Source of the DNA: Calditrichia bacterium
GTDB lineage: Bacteria; Calditrichota; Calditrichia; RBG-13-44-9; J075
Direction of reading: 5' to 3'
Assembly: GCA_050633245.1 (NCBI GenBank)
Contig: JBOEGD010000012.1
Span: 96,001 to 160,000, forward strand
Length of the DNA: 64,000 bases
In this document: positions 20,854-30,763 of the stretch, piece after piece
How the letters are laid out: the number at the start of each line of letters is the position of its first letter
Position numbering within the stretch: the stretch's first letter is position 1
Made by a program: the position numbers and the translations under genes
The notes under the pieces: generated by a model
Databases searched by the model: none
Seen by the model: the letters and a program-made list of their open reading frames with translations, nothing else
Told to the model about the DNA's origin: nothing

Positions 20854-22386
20854 ATGGAGAAAGTATTAATTCTTGATTTCGGCTCCCAATATACAAAACT
20901 CATTGCCAGAAAAGTTCGCGAGCTGAATGTCTTCTCGGAAATTCATCCCTATAGCTATAGCTATGAAAAACTTCAGGAAGACAGTGATATTAAGGCAATT
21001 ATCCTTTCCGGTGGCCCATCCAGTGTTTATGCTGACGATGCCCCACACTGTGATTCTCGCATATTTGACTTAGATGTTCCAATACTGGGAATTTGTTACG
21101 GACTGCAACATCTTGCTTATTCTCTGAACGGTAAGGTTGTTCCGGCAGCCAGCCGCGAGTACGGCCGTGCTCACGTGCAAATTACCAGTGAGACCACCCT
21201 GCTAAAAGGCCTTGATGAAACTCAGGTCTGGATGAGTCATGGTGACCATCTCACTCAGCTTCCAGAAGGTTTTGAAGCTGTGGCCAAAACCGAGAACGCC
21301 CCAATCGCGGCAATTCAACACACATCAAAACAAATATATGGCATTCAATTTCATCCTGAAGTCCATCATACGATCGACGGCAAAAAAGTATTGCACAATT
21401 TTCTCTTTGCAATAAGCAAGATGAAAGGCGACTGGTCGCCGCAATCCTTTATCAGTAGCGCGATCGATACAATTCGCGAAACGGTTGGAGACAAACGCGT
21501 TCTTTGTGGCCTAAGCGGTGGTGTCGATTCCAGTGTTGCCGCAGTGCTCATTCATAAAGCTATTGGAGATCAGCTGCACTGCATGTTTGTCGATACCGGT
21601 ATGATGCGCCATAATGAAGCAGAAGAAGTAGGCAATTTATTCAGCCAAAAATTGGGCCTGAATTTGACCTTTGTCACGGCGTCGGATATTTTCCTTTCTA
21701 GATTGAAGGACGTTGCAGATCCTGAACAGAAACGCAAGATAATTGGAAAAACATTTATCGACGTTTTTGAAGAAGAAGCACGTAAACTGGGGACATTCCA
21801 CTTTCTTGCTCAAGGCACACTTTATCCCGACGTAATCGAAAGCGTTTCATTTAAGGGACCTTCTGTGACCATAAAGTCGCATCACAATGTGGGTGGCTTA
21901 CCCGAGCGCATGGACTTTGCACTACTGGAACCCTTTCGGGAATTATTTAAGGATGAGGTTCGAGCCGTTGGCCGAGAGTTGGGATTACCGGATAAAATAA
22001 TTGGACGTCATCCTTTCCCTGGCCCTGGCCTGGCAGTAAGAATGCCCGGCACTATAACGCGCCCCAGATTGAAAATTCTACAGAAAGCAGATAAAATATA
22101 TATTGATGCGCTAAAAAAAGCCGATTTATATGATAAGATTTGGCAGGCTTTCTGCGTATTGCTTCCAGTGCAAACTGTCGGCGTAATGGGAGACGAAAGA
22201 ACGTATGAGTATGTCGCCGCTCTCAGAGCAGTTACCAGTACCGACGGAATGACGGCAGACTGGTATCCATTGCCTTATGATTTTCTGGCAGATGTATCTA
22301 ATCGAATAATAAATGAAGTTAAAGGTATAAATCGCGTGGTTTATGACGTAAGCTCAAAACCACCAGCTACCATTGAATGGGAGTAA
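20854..22386 (+). CDS. guaA: GMP synthase (glutamine-hydrolyzing)
   Basis: [41 protein letters not shown]. Confidence 0.98.
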   Translation: MEKVLILDFGSQYTKLIARKVRELNVFSEIHPYSYSYEKLQEDSDIKAIILSGGPSSVYADDAPHCDSRIFDLDVPILGICYGLQHLAYSLNGKVVPAASREYGRAHVQITSETTLLKGLDETQVWMSHGDHLTQLPEGFEAVAKTENAPIAAIQHTSKQIYGIQFHPEVHHTIDGKKVLHNFLFAISKMKGDWSPQSFISSAIDTIRETVGDKRVLCGLSGGVDSSVAAVLIHKAIGDQLHCMFVDTGMMRHNEAEEVGNLFSQKLGLNLTFVTASDIFLSRLKDVADPEQKRKIIGKTFIDVFEEEARKLGTFHFLAQGTLYPDVIESVSFKGPSVTIKSHHNVGGLPERMDFALLEPFRELFKDEVRAVGRELGLPDKIIGRHPFPGPGLAVRMPGTITRPRLKILQKADKIYIDALKKADLYDKIWQAFCVLLPVQTVGVMGDERTYEYVAALRAVTSTDGMTADWYPLPYDFLADVSNRIINEVKGINRVVYDVSSKPPATIEWE

Positions 22387-22404
22387 TGAAAGGAGCAAAC
22401 AATT

Positions 22405-24237
22405 ATGTGTGGAATCGTTGGCTATCTTGGCAAACGTGACGCCTATCCGATCCTTATCAGCGGACTAAAGCGCCTCGAGTACCGTGGCTATGACTCTGCC
22501 GGGGTCGCTCTGGCTGAAAACGGACATATTCAAGTTGAAAAGCACGTCGGTAAAATTGCAAATCTCGAAAGGTCTATTGAGGGAAAAACCCTTACAGGCT
22601 CGCTGGGGATTGCACATACCCGTTGGGCAACCCATGGTGAACCCAACACACCAAATGCGCACCCGCATACGGATTCCAATGGCGACATTGTATTAGTCCA
22701 CAATGGTATTATTGAGAACTATTCTACCCTGCGCAAAATGTTGATGGATAAGGGACATGTATTCCATACGGATACAGATACCGAGATCATCGCTCACCTG
22801 ATTGAAGAGATTTACAAAACAGCAGATTCATTTGAAGATGCTTTCCGTGCCGCCCTTTCAGAAATGGAAGGAACGTATGGAATGGTGCTTGTAACAAAGC
22901 ATGATCCGCGCAAGCTCTACACTGCAAGAAAAGGCAGCCCGCTGGTAATTGGTATTGGTGAGAACGAATATTTGGTTGCCTCCGACGCATCTGCAATTAT
23001 CGCACATACTCGCGATGTTATTTATCTGGAAGACGGCGAGATCGCTATAATTAGCGAAGATGGCTATGTTACAAAAACAATTGAGAATGAAACGATTGAG
23101 AAGCAGATTGAGCGCGTTACATTCGATCTTGCTCAAATCGAAAAGGCCGGTTACGACCACTTCATGTTGAAAGAGATTTATGAGCAGCCACGTACTGTTG
23201 CAGACTGTATGCGCGGCCGCTTGATTGATGAAGAAGGCGTTGCCAAACTCGGTGGTCTGGACAAGATTTTACACAATGTGCTACGCTCCCGCAAAATCAT
23301 CATTACTGCCTGCGGAACCAGCTATCATGCCGGCCTTATCGGGGAATACATGCTGGAAGAATATTCTCGCATACCGGTAGAGGTTGAATATGCCTCGGAA
23401 TTCCGCTATCGCGATCCGATTGTCGACGACGACACCCTCGGTATTGTTATCAGCCAGTCTGGCGAAACGGCAGATACCCTCGCAGCACTTCGCGAAGCCA
23501 AGCGCAAAGGTGCAACCGTAATGGGACTGGTAAATGTGGTAGGCTCTACAATTGCCCGTGAAACGGACGGCGGGACCTATCTGCATGCCGGGCCGGAAAT
23601 CGGCGTAGCCTCAACCAAAGCCTTTACCTCTCAGGTTACATCATTGGCATTGCTCAACGTGATGATCGCACGAACCCGCACGATGTCTGCTGAAATGGGT
23701 CGACGCATTATTCAGGAAATGCATGCCCTGCCCGAAAAGGTGGAGCAAGCCTTGAAGTGTGACGCACTCGTTCAGGAAATTGCTGCAGAGTTTAAAGACA
23801 AGTCCAACTTCCTTTATCTGGGACGTGGCTATAATTATCCTGTTGCCCTCGAAGGTGCTCTGAAGCTGAAAGAGATTTCCTATATTCATGCAGAGGGATA
23901 TCCGGCAGCAGAAATGAAGCACGGACCGATTGCGCTTATCGATGAGGACATGCCGGTTGTTGTTATCGCAACGCAAGACAGCACCTATGATAAGATTATC
24001 AGCAACATTCAGGAAGTAAAGGCGCGCAAAGGTCGTGTTATTGCCGTTGTTTCGGAAGGCGACACCAAGTTGAAGGATGAAGTGGATTATACCATTCCAA
24101 TTCCGACAACGTTCAACTTCCTGCAGCCGATTATTTCTATTGTTCCGCTACAGCTGCTCTCCTATCACATCGCGGTTATGCGCGGATGTAATGTGGATCA
24201 GCCGCGTAACCTGGCCAAAAGCGTTACGGTTGAGTAA
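22405..24237 (+). CDS. glmS: Glutamine--fructose-6-phosphate aminotransferase
   Basis: MCGIVG, LEYRGYDSAG, HTRWATHG, SQSGETADT, PRNLAKSVTVE. Confidence 0.98.
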   Translation: MCGIVGYLGKRDAYPILISGLKRLEYRGYDSAGVALAENGHIQVEKHVGKIANLERSIEGKTLTGSLGIAHTRWATHGEPNTPNAHPHTDSNGDIVLVHNGIIENYSTLRKMLMDKGHVFHTDTDTEIIAHLIEEIYKTADSFEDAFRAALSEMEGTYGMVLVTKHDPRKLYTARKGSPLVIGIGENEYLVASDASAIIAHTRDVIYLEDGEIAIISEDGYVTKTIENETIEKQIERVTFDLAQIEKAGYDHFMLKEIYEQPRTVADCMRGRLIDEEGVAKLGGLDKILHNVLRSRKIIITACGTSYHAGLIGEYMLEEYSRIPVEVEYASEFRYRDPIVDDDTLGIVISQSGETADTLAALREAKRKGATVMGLVNVVGSTIARETDGGTYLHAGPEIGVASTKAFTSQVTSLALLNVMIARTRTMSAEMGRRIIQEMHALPEKVEQALKCDALVQEIAAEFKDKSNFLYLGRGYNYPVALEGALKLKEISYIHAEGYPAAEMKHGPIALIDEDMPVVVIATQDSTYDKIISNIQEVKARKGRVIAVVSEGDTKLKDEVDYTIPIPTTFNFLQPIISIVPLQLLSYHIAVMRGCNVDQPRNLAKSVTVE

Positions 24238-24264
24238 TCTTTCTGACACATAAAGACATTAAAT

Positions 24265-24296
24265 CAAAAGAGGCTCCGCATGCGGAGCCTCTTTTG
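24265..24296. terminator. Bidirectional terminator (glmS/mscS)
   Basis: Perfect 32-bp palindrome CAAAAGAGGCTCCGCA/TGCGGAGCCTCTTTTG. Confidence 0.85.
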
Positions 24297-24303
24297 TTAG
24301 TAA

Positions 24304-25122
24304 TTAATATGCTTTATGCAAATGCACATCGCGCTGTGGAAACGGTATCGAAATCCCTTCCTGATCGAAAACCAGCTTAACCTTTTCGTGCATATCAAAA
24401 TAGATTCCCCAATAATCACCAGCTGCACTCCAGACACGAACAGTAAGGTTTACCGAGTTATCTGCGAGAGCCCCTACCACAACCTGCGATTCAGGGGCCT
24501 TCATGATGCGTTGATCTTCCAGAATCAAACGCTGCAGAATAGCCTTTGCTTTGGAGATATCATCTCCATATCCAATTCCAAAAACCATATCAACACGACG
24601 TGTCGGTTCAGTGGAATAATTGATCATGCTACCATTAGAGAGTGCTCCGTTCGGAATAATAATCGTTTTATTATCAGGCGTCTTCAGCACAGTATTAAAA
24701 ATCTGAATCTCGTTTACAGTTCCTTTGTGCCCCTGAGCTTCAAGAAAATCGCCAATTTTGAACGGTTTAAAAATCAAGATGAGCACACCGCCGGCGAAAT
24801 TAGCCAGGCTTCCCTGAAGTGCCAGTCCAATGGCCAGACCTGCTGCACCGAGTATTGCAATAAACGATGTTGTCTCGATGCCAATCATCGATGCAACGCT
24901 GATGAGCAGTAGTAACTTTAACCCCATCCGGGCCAGACTCAGCAAAAAGCGCTGAAGCGAAATATCGGCCTCGGCAAAAGACATCGAGCGATCCAGAGCG
25001 GAAATTATCCACTTGATTATCTGTAGACCGATAATTAATGTTAGCAGCGCAAGACCAACTTTAGGTAAATACCCGATCGCCAACCGAATCGCTTCATCAT
25101 AATACATCTGTATTTGTTCCAT
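24304..25122 (-). CDS. mscS: Small-conductance mechanosensitive channel
   Basis: LGAAGLAIGLALQGSLANFAGG, KPFKIGD, IIIPNG, ISIPFPQRDVH. Confidence 0.95.
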   Translation of the reverse strand: MEQIQMYYDEAIRLAIGYLPKVGLALLTLIIGLQIIKWIISALDRSMSFAEADISLQRFLLSLARMGLKLLLLISVASMIGIETTSFIAILGAAGLAIGLALQGSLANFAGGVLILIFKPFKIGDFLEAQGHKGTVNEIQIFNTVLKTPDNKTIIIPNGALSNGSMINYSTEPTRRVDMVFGIGYGDDISKAKAILQRLILEDQRIMKAPESQVVVGALADNSVNLTVRVWSAAGDYWGIYFDMHEKVKLVFDQEGISIPFPQRDVHLHKAY

Positions 25123-25154
25123 ATTATTCTCCTGAAAATACCTTAAAAATATAA

Positions 25155-26213
25155 TTATTGTCTGAAGTCCATTTTTGGCGTAACGCGTTTGATAAAGGCT
25201 GCCAACAACTTGGCCGTATTCTCTACGTCTACCAATGAGACCATCTCTGATGGCGTGTGCATGTAACGAAGCGGAACACTAATTAACGCCGTTGCCACAC
25301 CAGAGCGCGTTAACTGAATGGCATTAGCATCCGTCGGAGTTCCTCCGGCAGTAGCCTCTAGTTGATACGGTATTTTTTCTTTCTTTGCTGCTTCAATCAG
25401 TATTTCAACAACCTTGTGATTGGAGTTGGCACCACGGGTAATTACCGGCCCCTTACCAAGAAAAATTTCGCCTTCCTTTACTTTAGAGACCTCGGGATGA
25501 TCGGTAGCATGGGTTACATCCACAGCCAAGCCAATGTCAGGATCGACACTGAAGGCGCTCGTGCGTGCTCCACGAAGACCAATTTCTTCCTGAACTGTTG
25601 CAACACTGAAAACAGAAGCTTTTAGTTTCACATCTTTCAAAAGACGCAGCGCCTCGGCAACGGCAAATGCACCAACTTTGTTGTCAAATGCGCGTGAAGA
25701 AGCAACCTCATCTGTAATCGCCTGAAACTCCACATCATAAACAACCGGATCTCCAATGCGAACCTTCTTCAGCACTTCTTCCTTCGACGATGCACCGATG
25801 TCTATCCATAAATTTTGAATTTGCGGTACTCGCTTACGCTCTTCAGGCGTCATTAGATGAATCGCTTTTTTACCGGTAACGCCACGTACCGTTCCGCTCT
25901 GAGTATGAATCACCACTCGCCGACCGGGAATCATAGACAGATCGTGCCCACCGATCGTTGAAAAATAGATAAAGCCGTTTGCGTCAACGTATTTCACAAT
26001 GAAGCCCAACTCGTCGCAGTGACCGGCTAACATAATGCGCGGACTGGCTTCACCATTTAAAACAGCAATGCTATTTCCATGATAATCGTGCTCGACTGCA
26101 TCAGCAAACTCATTGGTATAACCACGCCAAACTTTCTGAGCAGCGCTCTCAAATCCAGACGGGCTCGGTGCCGCAATCAATGACTTCAAAAAATCCAAGG
26201 ACTTCTTTCTCAT
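25155..26213 (-). CDS. M42 family aminopeptidase
   Basis: SPSGFE, LAGHCDE, AFDNK, TVQEEIGLRGA, PTDA, RYMHTPSE. Confidence 0.93.
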   Translation of the reverse strand: MRKKSLDFLKSLIAAPSPSGFESAAQKVWRGYTNEFADAVEHDYHGNSIAVLNGEASPRIMLAGHCDELGFIVKYVDANGFIYFSTIGGHDLSMIPGRRVVIHTQSGTVRGVTGKKAIHLMTPEERKRVPQIQNLWIDIGASSKEEVLKKVRIGDPVVYDVEFQAITDEVASSRAFDNKVGAFAVAEALRLLKDVKLKASVFSVATVQEEIGLRGARTSAFSVDPDIGLAVDVTHATDHPEVSKVKEGEIFLGKGPVITRGANSNHKVVEILIEAAKKEKIPYQLEATAGGTPTDANAIQLTRSGVATALISVPLRYMHTPSEMVSLVDVENTAKLLAAFIKRVTPKMDFRQ

Positions 26214-26328
26214 GTGTTACTCCCTCTGAGTAGGTGCTTTGATAGTGATAAGACATTAAATATACGATGTGAATAGTGCCCGGACATCACTAAAAATGGA
26301 AGTTTGTTCAAATTGAAGTATATACTGC

Positions 26329-26378
26329 CTTCGACAGGCTCAGGCAACAGATCCTTCCGTCGGCTGAGCTTGTCGAAG
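26329..26378. repeat. REP-like inverted repeat element
   Basis: CTTCGACAGGCTCAG ... CTGAGCTTGTCGAAG inverted pair. Confidence 0.7.
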
Positions 26379-26505
26379 CCGTTGCGATAATTCGGAAAGC
26401 TATAGAGATTAGACCACAACCCGGTTTATTCGAAACAATTCAATCAAGAATTGACTGACATCAATAATTTTAATTATTACGTTTTTGAAAATAAGGAGAG
26501 TAGAT

Positions 26506-26750
26506 ATGGCGAGCATAACTGTTGGAAAGCTTCCGGAAGAAATCAAAGAAAAGCTACGCATTTTGGCTGCTAAAAATGGGATGTCTCTTGAGGCATTTCT
26601 GTGCGATGTTTTCAAGAGGTTGCCAATTCAGCTACATCTCCAGACATCGTAGCGCTTACAGCTAATTCCTTTGGTAAAAAACACGGTATTGATCTGGAAA
26701 TTTCTTCCATGCGGTCGAAGCGAAAACCAATACGATTTGAAGAATGCTAA
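26506..26750 (+). pseudogene. FitA-like ribbon-helix-helix antitoxin, frameshifted; cognate toxin absent
   Basis: AAGGAG RBS; MASITVGKLPEEIKEKLRILAAKNGMSLEAFL, then after a 1-nt loss at GTTTTC the frame continues QEVAN...FGKKHGIDLEI...PIRFEEC*; not in ORF track. Confidence 0.7.
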
Positions 26751-26757
26751 TGCGATT

Positions 26758-27144
26758 CTAAATCTCGTATTCCAACTCATAAGAGTGCTTGCCATCGCCG
26801 ACGTCAATAGACATGCTACCACTAATACCTGTTAGTGCATCTGTTCCGGAGTCGGGAACAATGGTAATGCTCAGGCTTTGTCCGGCACCAGACATTGTGC
26901 CGTTGTGCTGTAACACAAAACTACCTTGCAAACCGTTTAGTGTCCCTCTCACGCGCTCAATAGCGACATACCCCGCACTTCCCTTCATCTCAGTCATTCC
27001 GGTAAGCATTTGTCCTAAACTACGTGCTTCCAGGTCACCGACAAAAATCTTATCGATAGACATTCGACCCAGTAGTGATTCTTGCGCATCGAGGGCTTCT
27101 TGCTGAGGGGTCAATTTTACTTCAAATGTGCCTTTAGCTATCAT
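26758..27144 (-). CDS. DUF3224 family protein
   Basis: GTFEVK, FVGDLEA.S.GQML, SAGYVAIE, GSFVLQH.G, VPDSGT..L.GISG. Confidence 0.85.
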   Translation of the reverse strand: MIAKGTFEVKLTPQQEALDAQESLLGRMSIDKIFVGDLEARSLGQMLTGMTEMKGSAGYVAIERVRGTLNGLQGSFVLQHNGTMSGAGQSLSITIVPDSGTDALTGISGSMSIDVGDGKHSYELEYEI

Positions 27145-27187
27145 AGCTAACCTTATTTTAATAGAATGATTATAGCACCGAAAAGTT

Positions 27188-28033
27188 TTAATTATTATAG
27201 GCTTTATATTTTTTCACAATGGCATTCGCAATCTTAATACCATTCTTATTATTTGATGCACAAAACAAATGATACATTATGGAGTTTGTTGAATTCCTTA
27301 ACTCATAGGGCTTGGAAACATATTGAAATACGCTTTGAAGTCTATCCCGATAAAGAGTTGCTGATTTCTTAATCGCTTCAGCTTCTTTTTTTATTTGGGT
27401 ATATTCAGGAAACAAGGTCTGCATTTCAACGTAGAAATATGCCTTGATTTCTTTTTCATCCATACCTAAAAACTTCTCTAAACGATTTAGCCATTCAGCT
27501 GAAATATCTCCGCTCTTTATAAGTAACCGGTTAACTCCCATGCCTGTAGGTACAAGAAGCCACAAATCAATATTCAAGCCTCGTAGCACTTCTATGGAGC
27601 GCCATTCTACCTGCATCCCGCACGGATCTATATATGCCAGAGTACGATAACTTTTATTTTTAGGATCCCGTAAAAAATTAGCTAAATCAACGAGCTTTTT
27701 ATTGCAATCATCATTTCTGATATAAATAGATTTTTGGGGGAAGGCGTTTTTAGTATTTTCCTCAAGTAGCAGAGCCTTCTTTGGATCCTTTTCAACAAAA
27801 TAGTATTTATCAAATGGAATTGGTTCTTCAAGCTCAACGATACGACGAGCTGCACCGATTGTTATTTGAATATGATCTTTTTGTTCTTTAGTAATAAATC
27901 CCGACCCAGCAAATCCATCAAAATATAGAAGATTGAAAAATTTTCTCTTTTTCATTATTTGAAGATAGGCTTTAGCATAGTCTACTAAAATTTCTATCTT
28001 GACTTTTGTCCAATCGCCTCCAAATTGATTCAT
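27188..28033 (-). CDS. tcmP: Three-Cys-motif partner protein (SAM-dependent methyltransferase fold)
   Basis: GGDWT..K..IL..Y..AY, YFDGFAGSG, FVEKD, DCN, YIDPCG, YHLFCAS; downstream of the DUF5131 gene. Confidence 0.85.
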   Translation of the reverse strand: MNQFGGDWTKVKIEILVDYAKAYLQIMKKRKFFNLLYFDGFAGSGFITKEQKDHIQITIGAARRIVELEEPIPFDKYYFVEKDPKKALLLEENTKNAFPQKSIYIRNDDCNKKLVDLANFLRDPKNKSYRTLAYIDPCGMQVEWRSIEVLRGLNIDLWLLVPTGMGVNRLLIKSGDISAEWLNRLEKFLGMDEKEIKAYFYVEMQTLFPEYTQIKKEAEAIKKSATLYRDRLQSVFQYVSKPYELRNSTNSIMYHLFCASNNKNGIKIANAIVKKYKAYNN

Positions 28034-28074
28034 ACTTGCCCCCCACTTGAAACTTTCTTAAAACAGCTTATTTC

Positions 28075-28821
28075 TTATGAAATAGATCCTTTAACGGTGT
28101 CAAGACGTATTAATAAGTCTTTTTTAGGCATTTCATTGTAAGTCTTCCCATTAAGTAATCTTCCAGAGGCTTTCTTATTCTTCCCACCCCACTGTTTAAA
28201 GAAAAATGCCACGCCTGCAATTCGACACTGTTCTTGTATATCTAATACCCAATCTAACTTCATTTCCCTCGATTTATGCCCAGACTCACCCCCAACTATC
28301 ACCCAATCGATATTGGATAAAGGCAAGTTGGGCAATGGCCCCAGAAGAGGCTCCAGAGAAAGAAACTTAATAGAGGCTTCACACCTTGTAAGATGTGAGA
28401 TTCTATTTATCACATCTTGATTTTCTACTGAAACACCCATCCAGATATTTTCAGACCAACTTAATGAAGCTGAAACTTCTTCCAATCGCTCAGCTCGCTT
28501 CGTTAAAACTTGAAATCTGTGTTGAGGACATTCATTCATAATGCTAAAAACATTTTGAATATATGAGAGAGGTATTTTTTCATGAAAAAGATCGCTCATG
28601 CTGTTAACAAATATTGTTGAAGGTTTCCACTTTTTAGGTGCGCTCAGCACTGACGGATGTAGAGTAACATCAAAATTATTTTTATATTTTTCGAGTCCCA
28701 TTGCAGCTAATCTCTTCGACATCACTTCCGCATAGCAAAATTTACATCCTTGTGAAAGCTTACTGCATCCAGTTGTTGGATTCCAAGTCTTTTCTGTCCA
28801 TTCAATTGATGAGTAAGACAT
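28075..28821 (-). CDS. DUF5131 / phage Gp37-Gp68 family radical-SAM-like protein
   Basis: SIEWTEKTWNPTTGCSKLSQGCKFCYA (Cx6CxxC), FVNSMSDLFH, QVLTKR, SLEPLLG, WVIVGGESG, FFFKQWGG. Confidence 0.92.
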   Translation of the reverse strand: MSYSSIEWTEKTWNPTTGCSKLSQGCKFCYAEVMSKRLAAMGLEKYKNNFDVTLHPSVLSAPKKWKPSTIFVNSMSDLFHEKIPLSYIQNVFSIMNECPQHRFQVLTKRAERLEEVSASLSWSENIWMGVSVENQDVINRISHLTRCEASIKFLSLEPLLGPLPNLPLSNIDWVIVGGESGHKSREMKLDWVLDIQEQCRIAGVAFFFKQWGGKNKKASGRLLNGKTYNEMPKKDLLIRLDTVKGSIS

Positions 28822-28925
28822 GAACACACCTCGATTAGTATACAAAAATACACCTTTTTAAATTATACCTAGCTATTGATAGCTTTCAAAGCAGTTTTTT
28901 GTTAGACCCATGTTTTTACCTATCT

Positions 28926-30623
28926 TTACAGTTCATCTAAAACCGTATAGTGCGGCTTAATATCCACCGGCACGTCTTCCAGCTTTTCAAGTGCCGCGCG
29001 CAGTTCCGGCGTTTCAGAACGATATTTGGCAATGAAAGCCTTGGCTGCTGTATAATTGCCTTCGGCCTGAATCATCAACACCTCGCGTGACAGCGCTTCA
29101 ATTGCCGGCTGAATTTTGTCGTAGTTTACGCCAAAACGGCCTTCAACTTTATCGTATTCAATACCACCTTTTTCCTGAAGATAGTTCAGAATCATCACAT
29201 TACCACCGCCGTGTGCGCTGGTCGTTCCAAATCGCACGCTGCGAAAAATGCCGCCAACAAAGCTGGGATAAACACTTTCCGCCAACTTCGCATCAAACAC
29301 ACCTTTTTCAATCATGTAAGGAAAATGATATAGACCAACAATGTCTGCCTTTAGCTCTTCCAGAGTCGAGTAGGTTTCCTTCAACTCTTTATTTACGGTC
29401 GTCTCTTTACCATCCTTCACAATCTTGCCGGGTCCGATTCCATGGCACATTTCATGAAGCAGGATGTGATAGAAAAAGGCCTCAAAGCTTACCTTCTTCA
29501 GATCGGCTTTATTTAGAATGCGATCCATAATCGGAACCGAGCAGTTGTTGTACTTCGCCTGGGTAACATTTTTCAACATGACTTTCTTACTACCTTTTGC
29601 TTCACGCACACGCTCGTCATTCGGTAGATTAAAAGCCGCTGTCTGCACTCCGGCCTTGGTATCACCGGCAGTCATCACAACCTGAACAGATACCACCGGC
29701 GACGAGCCACCACGATTGAAGTTTTTGTATTTATCATCGATCGGCAGGCGGCGCTCCAAGTCATCCAGATACTGATCAATGGTCTGTAATTTCTTTGAGT
29801 CTACAGGGTCGACAATCGTCAAAAAAGATGTAAATGCACCTTTGTAACTGAACATACGGTCTTCATATACTTCGTATGGTCCGATGACAACTTCAATTGT
29901 ATGGTCCGTCAGATCCATCCAGTCCATATCGCTCTGATAGTAATCGTTACTTTCAAATGATGCAGCGCGGCTGGTAAGATACGTTTTAAGAGACTCATTT
30001 GTCGTAAACTCGGCGGCATTGCGTAAATGCTTCGCTGCTTTTGCCAGCTTATTGCTGTAGGCCTCGGAATACGGCACGGCTTTTAGTCCATCACCATCGC
30101 GACGCACCAGCGAAAACGTTCCGGTAAGCTCGGCCTCTTGCTCAGGATTGGCAGCAACATAGGCTTCAAATTCTTCGCGCGTCATATCTTCCGGATAATA
30201 ATTGGCACCCAATGGCTTTTCACGATCCAGGTTTATAAACGGAGCATCATCGGCAAGCCGATCAAATGGCCCAACCATAATATTAAACAGCGTTTTCAGC
30301 GGCTCGGCTTCTTTGCCACCAGCCGCCAGCTCTTCTGCCAGAACCCCGTTCCAACTATAGGCCTGCTCTTGAAAAATCTCGTCCATAATTAATGATGCGC
30401 GAGCAAGTTCCAATAATGCTTTCTTATCGTCTGCAGAGAGAATGGACTGATCGTAGCTAATGTCTACCGGGGCAAATTTGGCCGCGACGGCATTGACGGC
30501 ATCCATATCAAGATGACTTTCAATATGCTTACTGCTAAACCCTTCTGTAGGCTTTTGTTGTACGCAGCCTGGTAGTAAAAATCCAATAGCGATAAGGCTA
30601 CTGAAAAAAAAGTGCATTTTCAT
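28926..30623 (-). CDS. Dipeptidyl-peptidase III (M49) family lipoprotein
   Basis: Lipobox LLPGC; IGPYEVYED, AFNLPNDERVR..KGSK, HEMCHGIGP, LEELKAD. Confidence 0.88.
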   Translation of the reverse strand: MKMHFFFSSLIAIGFLLPGCVQQKPTEGFSSKHIESHLDMDAVNAVAAKFAPVDISYDQSILSADDKKALLELARASLIMDEIFQEQAYSWNGVLAEELAAGGKEAEPLKTLFNIMVGPFDRLADDAPFINLDREKPLGANYYPEDMTREEFEAYVAANPEQEAELTGTFSLVRRDGDGLKAVPYSEAYSNKLAKAAKHLRNAAEFTTNESLKTYLTSRAASFESNDYYQSDMDWMDLTDHTIEVVIGPYEVYEDRMFSYKGAFTSFLTIVDPVDSKKLQTIDQYLDDLERRLPIDDKYKNFNRGGSSPVVSVQVVMTAGDTKAGVQTAAFNLPNDERVREAKGSKKVMLKNVTQAKYNNCSVPIMDRILNKADLKKVSFEAFFYHILLHEMCHGIGPGKIVKDGKETTVNKELKETYSTLEELKADIVGLYHFPYMIEKGVFDAKLAESVYPSFVGGIFRSVRFGTTSAHGGGNVMILNYLQEKGGIEYDKVEGRFGVNYDKIQPAIEALSREVLMIQAEGNYTAAKAFIAKYRSETPELRAALEKLEDVPVDIKPHYTVLDEL

Positions 30624-30723
30624 TGGGTGTTCTCCTCAGACATGTTTTCAAGATTGTATCAGAATATAGGTTTAGCGGAAGGTAAGAAGCAAGAGGTGAG
30701 ACGGCGAATCGGGAGTCGGTAAA

Positions 30724-30753
30724 TAGTAGCCCGCACAATTGTGCGGGCTACTA
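30724..30753 (-). terminator. Terminator-like palindrome downstream of the acyl-CoA dehydrogenase
   Basis: Perfect 30-bp palindrome TAGTAGCCCGCACAA/TTGTGCGGGCTACTA. Confidence 0.7.
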
Positions 30754-30763
30754 CAAAAACATA

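Noticed and set aside
22387-22404. Possible glmS ribozyme
   Set aside because: Only 18 nt separate guaA and glmS
24316-24912. 198-aa plus-strand ORF
   Set aside because: Antisense shadow of mscS with no recognisable motif
26280-28900. Prophage or IS element
   Set aside because: No integrase, transposase, structural gene or terminal repeats; DUF5131 alone is not evidence of a prophage
30691-30723. Short CGG-containing quasi-repeat
   Set aside because: Irregular 7-8 nt spacing and only three units
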